NCBI GenBank assembly: GCA_018398765.1 | Contig: JAHBMJ010000140.1 | Span: 1 to 54,338, forward strand | DNA length: 54,338 nucleotides | Reading direction: 5' to 3' | DNA from: Chromera velia | Lineage: Eukaryota | Shown here: one piece after another, positions 38,311 through 54,338 of the stretch | Position numbering within the stretch: position 1 is the first letter of the stretch | Layout: the number at the start of each line of letters is the position of its first letter | The notes under the pieces: model-generated | What the model was told of the DNA's origin: nothing | The model's database searches: none | What the model saw: only the letters and a program-made list of their open reading frames with translations | Translations under genes and position numbers: made by a program

Positions 38311-38475
38311 CGATGAAAGTGGAAAGACTATCATGCAAACAGACAGAAAGATAGAAGTGGAGAGTTCGTCATTCAAGCACGAAAGATGAAAGTGAAGAGA
38401 AGTTCAATGTTTGCGTGTTCATCTTCATTAATCTTCATATTCATTCATTCATTCATTCATATATAGGAGTTCTGG
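38311..38475 (+). repeat. Short diverged copy of the 38-bp minisatellite plus its unique tail
   Basis: About 2.5 units followed by GAGAAGTTCAATGTTTGCGTGTTCATCTTCAT...ATAGGAGTTCTGG, homologous to ~39790-39916. Confidence 0.75.
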
Positions 38476-39089
38476 TTTGTTCTTATACGATTCCACAACC
38501 ATTCATAACTATTCAAACCATTTTAAGTTCTATCATTTTTTTTTCAAAGTTCTTTATCTATCTTCAAAGTTTGTCAAAAGTATTCAAAATTTGGTAAATT
38601 ACCCACAGTGGTACATAAATTATAACTGAAATTACGTAAGTTTACACATTTTTTTTTCTTTTCTTTCTATCTCTAATTTTATATGTCCAGCTGCAAATGG
38701 GGCTTTGAATAAACGTAAGTCTTTTTGGTTTTCCTACTAAATCTCTCCCCAACAAGAATTTTACAGAAACGTACTACTAGTAAACTCACAATGTATTGCT
38801 ATGGTGAATATGTTAAAAATTCTGCTAGAAATTCTTTGTGAGGAAGTCTTTGTTGTTTTTTGTTCAAATGTTGTAAACTCCATCCTCCATCCTCCTCCAA
38901 ATGATTCTGCTTTAAATTTCACATCTTAGGAAGGCAAAAACATTCTCTGTGGTCCAGGAAAAGCCAGCATCCAAGCATATGAAAACAGAAAAGAAAACCA
39001 GAGAAATGAAACTGGAACAGACGTCAGCTTTTGTACAGAATTATCAACCAGACGAGATTTAGAGCATATTGGTTGTTCCAATGAGGGGT

Positions 39090-39916
39090 CATACACGCAG
39101 ACAGACAAGAAAGATGAAGACTGAAAGGTCGTTATGTGAGGAGACAAGGAAGATGAAAGTGAAGCGGACTTTCTGCAAGCAGACGGGCTAGCAGATAGGA
39201 TGAAACTGGAGAGGCCCTTAACACGCAGGCAGAAAAGATGGAAGCTAGCGGAAAGTAGTCATGCAAGCCGGCAAGATAGACAAAAGTGGAGAGTCGTCGT
39301 GTTCGACAGTGCACGACAGAAGAAAGTAGAGACCCACCAAGCAAGCAAAAAAGAAAGATGGGAATATGAAAGTGGAGAGGCCGTCGTGCAAGAAGAAAGA
39401 AAGAAAGATGGAAGTGGAGAGGCCGTCATACAAACAGACAGAGAAACGGAAGTGGAGAGGCCGTCATGCAAACAGACAGAACGATTAAAGTAGAGAGGCC
39501 ATCATGCAAACAGACAGAAAGATGAAAGTGGAGAGGCCGTCGTGCAAACAGACAGAAAGATGGAAGTGGAGAGGCCGTCATGGAAACAGACAGAAAGATG
39601 AAAGTGGAGAGGCGCCATGCAAACAAACAGAAAGATGGAAGGTGGAGAGGCCGTCATGCAAACAGACAGAAAGATGGAAGTGGAGAGGCTGTCGTGCAAA
39701 CAGACAGAAAGATGAAAGTGGAGAGGCCGTCATGCAAACAGACAGAAAGATGAAAGTGGAGAGGCCGTCATGCAAACAGACAGAAAGATGGAAGTGGAGA
39801 GGCCGTCATGGAAAGAGACAGAAAGATGGAAGTGGAGAGGCCGTCATTCAAGCAGGAAAGGTGAAAGTGGAGAGAAGTTCAACGTCTGCGTGTTTATCTT
39901 CATATAGGACTTCTGG
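39090..39916 (+). repeat. 38-bp minisatellite (CAGACAGAAAGATG(A/G)AAGTGGAGAGGCCGTCATGCAAA)n
   Basis: About 13 well-conserved units at ~39365-39875, with degenerate units from ~39090; no spacers. Confidence 0.92.
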
Positions 39917-40727
39917 CCTGAAGATTTGATTCTCCCACCACGTGTCCAGACAGAAGCTTGATTGAACTGTGCATGCAGAGTTCACTAATTCTCGTAGCAA
40001 GGTCAGTCAAAAAGCTGCTGCTTAGCTGCATGCACAGACGCAGGATTAACTGCAAATTTGGACCTACTGGTGGGCCTGTTACCTCCATCCTCCAGATGTA
40101 CAGGAGAATATGCAGCTATGTCTGTCCCATACCAGTTCTTTTTTGCCATCGAAGATCCTATCGCTTAATTGAATGCATTTGCGTGGCCGAGATCGATCTT
40201 GTGCCATGCATTGGCGTACGTCCCGCACATATTGCTTGAGGGGCACGTTTCTCTCTGCATGTTGTGCGGAGGGATTGTTTTCTCGCGACCGTTCGCACGG
40301 AGCCCGCCATGCATGCGTGACGGATGGGTGTCGCGATCGGGGGACACACGCGCGCGTCAATTATACCCGTTGACCCGGGTCGGGGCGCCGGGCGGCGGGG
40401 TCTAGACAAGAACCGAGGCCCTGGGCCCCGGCACTAATTTTTGTGGACCGTGTGTCCTCGATCGCGTTCAAGGTGTGCTCGCCGTGACACACCAGATTTC
40501 TTTTGGTGAGTGCCTCGCACGTGCGTCGCACATGCATGCATATGCATGCAAGCGCAATGCGCGGCTAAATCTTAGATTATTATTACGTACTGATAATTGT
40601 ACCGTATACAACCAAGGTTATACGATCGACGCTCATACAACCGTTAACCCTATATGGAGGTGACAGTCGCTATATAGGGGTCAAAAACGACCAGTTATAA
40701 CCGGTATGCGGTATTTAACAACTCTAG

Positions 40728-40998
40728 GTAAAATGGGGTAGAAATGGAGTAAAATGGGGTATGGGAAATTGGGTTACTCCATTTTACCCCATTTCCCCCA
40801 TTTATTTTTTTTATGTGAAAAATATTATGAATGGCTTTAAAAAGGTTTGAAATGAGTAGAACGACCAATGTTAAACGGTTTTTATAAGCCCAATTTAAGC
40901 TTCATATGACATAATTAACCCCCCAAAAAATATTGGCCCATTTTGGGAAATTAAGGTGAAATGGAGCCCCATTTCTCCCATTTTTACCCAAATTTAAT
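40728..40998. repeat. Two clusters of inverted AAATGG(G/A)G motifs (probable transposon subterminal repeats)
   Basis: Arms 40731-40752 and 40774-40794 form a ~21-bp inverted repeat; a second cluster lies at ~40935-40998, with AT-rich DNA between. Confidence 0.5.
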
Positions 40999-42201
40999 AG
41001 GGGGCCTTGCTTAATTTTTTTTTTCCGACGACTAGCCCAATGATATTAAATGATAAACAACTGTTGTTCACATATTGTACAAGGAATTCACGTGTCAGAA
41101 CAGAGTTCGGGGAGGAGAGGATGAACGAATGCACCTCTCCTTGAATAAGTTAATGTGGATCGATCAGTTTCTCCTACACGGTGCATGCACAGTATGTAGT
41201 GTTGCATATTTGCATGCATAGCTTATAGCGCGCTGAGCCCAGGCCGAAGTCCCTGGGACCGCGGCCGTGAAAGGCCGGCGTTAATCGACCGCGGACGCAA
41301 TCTCCAACATATTGCATAAGTGTTGTTTTGGTGTTGTACAAGCGTTGCTTAGGTGTTGCGCAAAAAAAAAAAAATTAAACAAATTCTGCATGGTTTTTTT
41401 TTTTTGCTGTGATACGCCTAGGGTTTCGATTACTCGGCCATCAATCACACTGACAGCACATGCAATGATCCGATTTCAGCGAAAGTCAATCTCAGAATAT
41501 GAACCGTGAAGAATTATCGGACAAACTCAGACAAGCGAGCCTATTTCCATGTTGCTAGGTTTTATATACGATCGACTCATCGTTTCTCATGACCTGTTTT
41601 TTTCTTTCCGCGTCTTCTTCCTTCTGTCACTCCATCTTTCGGACCATCAAACAAAGCAAAGAGTAACCAAGTGCATGTCGATACCTGCCAGCCTGTCTAC
41701 GAGTGAGGCGGCTTACTGCAGAGATCTACAGAGATTATCAGGGCAAACTGCCGGGCCGGGATCGGCGGACGGCAGAGATCACGAGGTACCAACTTCTCTC
41801 TCTCTCCCTTCTCTCTCTCTCTCTCATATACTTCTCCGTGCACCATGCAGACAGCGTGCCTGCCACATGCATGCATGCAGCCTAGTGTCATTAAACCCCG
41901 CCATCGATCTTTCACTTCACTCTTGTGATGTATGCCTCTTCTTCTCTCGATCCTTCTCAAGAGAAGAGAAGAGAGTCTGCATGGAACTTCGCAGCACAGG
42001 ACACAAGGAAACAAAGACCGAAGAGAAAAGCAAACAAGGACCAGGGAGTGTGAATGAGCGATTCCTTCCATTCATTCATGCGGCACAGCTCTCCGGATGC
42101 CCACCCCTTGGGTTGGCATCTTGCAGGAAAAATCATGGAGGCAAATCTCGATCCGTCATCCCTCTACTTCCCTTGTCTGTCTGTGCTCATCCCCTCGTCG
42201 C

Positions 42202-53329
<11,128 letters not shown>

Positions 53330-54338
53330 CTGTACACACAAAAATCAAGGGGATTTGGTGCACACACACACACAGAGGCACACACACAGATCCTGTGATC
53401 CTCCTGCAGACTGTCTTCCTTTTTCGAGCCTGAAGAAGCCTTCAAGTTTAGATCGGGATTCTACGGACAGAGGGACCGGGACTGGCAGACAGTAGAAAAG
53501 CCTGCATGTCCCTAGAGGAGAAGAGACTCAAATCAGAGGAACAGCAAGGAAGTGGGGAAAAAAGAGCGTGCCTTAAACATGCATAGATTCAGAGACTGGA
53601 TCAGAGGGGAGAATGGAGGCGGAAGGGGTGAGAAGAAGGAACACCGCCGGAGGAAAGAGGGATTGAGTGAGGAAGGTGGGCAGCGGGACGCGGTCTTCGA
53701 CGAGTGATCCAGTAAAGACCGATGAAAGAAGCGAGATGAAAACCATGCGGGACGGCGGAGAGACGGGCACGAGCACAAAGAGAACGAGAGACGGGGGGAC
53801 AAAGAAAGTACGAAGGAGACAGGTTGGCCTCTATCCTCCTCCTTCCAAAAACCCATAAGCATCTAGACTGTGGAATGACGAATCTTTCCACCGACCCTTT
53901 TTCTTTTGTTCTCTCCCTCTGTTGGACTCGCCATTTTGTCCTCTTTTTCTCGAGGTTCGTTTTCTCGTTTGTCTCGAAGAGTGAGCGTCTTTCTGATTCA
54001 ATCTTATCCTGCCGTCTCTAAATCTCCTTCCCCCAGGCTCAGAGAAAGAAAATGGTAAAGAAAGGTCGACGGATGGAGCCGTGATCCGAAGCGATCTGTG
54101 GTTTGCAGTGCTCTCCGAGACCCCGTATACATGATCGTGTCCATGCACGCTGTTGATAGCACATGGAAGCACCGAAACTTCCATGCACTTCCATGCATGC
54201 AGGATTTCCGGAAGCCCTCCTCAAAGAATCTGACGCAAGCAAGCTTGCGAACGGCCCCGGAAAGCAAGAAAAATGAGAACTTCACGATTGACGCACGCAG
54301 GCCAGCCGATCGGGCAGTCGCGCCGACCCCCCCCCCCC

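Noticed and set aside
38780..38925. Pogo/CENP-B-like peptide KFKAES...GGWSL on the minus strand
   Set aside because: Motif spacing is wrong and the frame is bounded by stops; too weak to call.
39365..39875. CRISPR-like array
   Set aside because: Head-to-tail 38-bp units with no unique spacers, no cas genes and a eukaryotic context.

Overview
Eukaryotic, intron-rich DNA saturated with microsatellites. It is probably from a myzozoan alveolate (apicomplexan/chromerid-like), inferred from abundant TGCATGCA motifs and a myzozoan-type CCCH finger; this is not proven. Four multi-exon genes can be reconstructed by hand on the minus strand with phase-consistent GT-AG introns: TAF1 (about 12066 to the left edge), an FHA-RING-PHD protein (23042-18443), a CCCH zinc-finger protein (37623-34434) and RTF1 (about 53329-42202). 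There is also an aberrant 116-nt tRNA-like Pol III gene with a 45-nt insertion in the anticodon loop (TCA or CCA anticodon), a probable hAT-like MITE, a 38-bp minisatellite and CpG/palindrome-rich blocks. The most unusual signal is a family of 50-74 bp AT-rich fold-back inserts sharing the 23-nt core CATTT(A/C)T(G/T)TTCATACAGAATTCT. It occurs four times at three loci, each flanked by long host-sequence direct repeats (27, 42, about 48 bp) and each at or near a 3' splice site. One copy creates a perfect new GT-AG intron in TAF1. Most ORFs in the supplied track are microsatellite artefacts.
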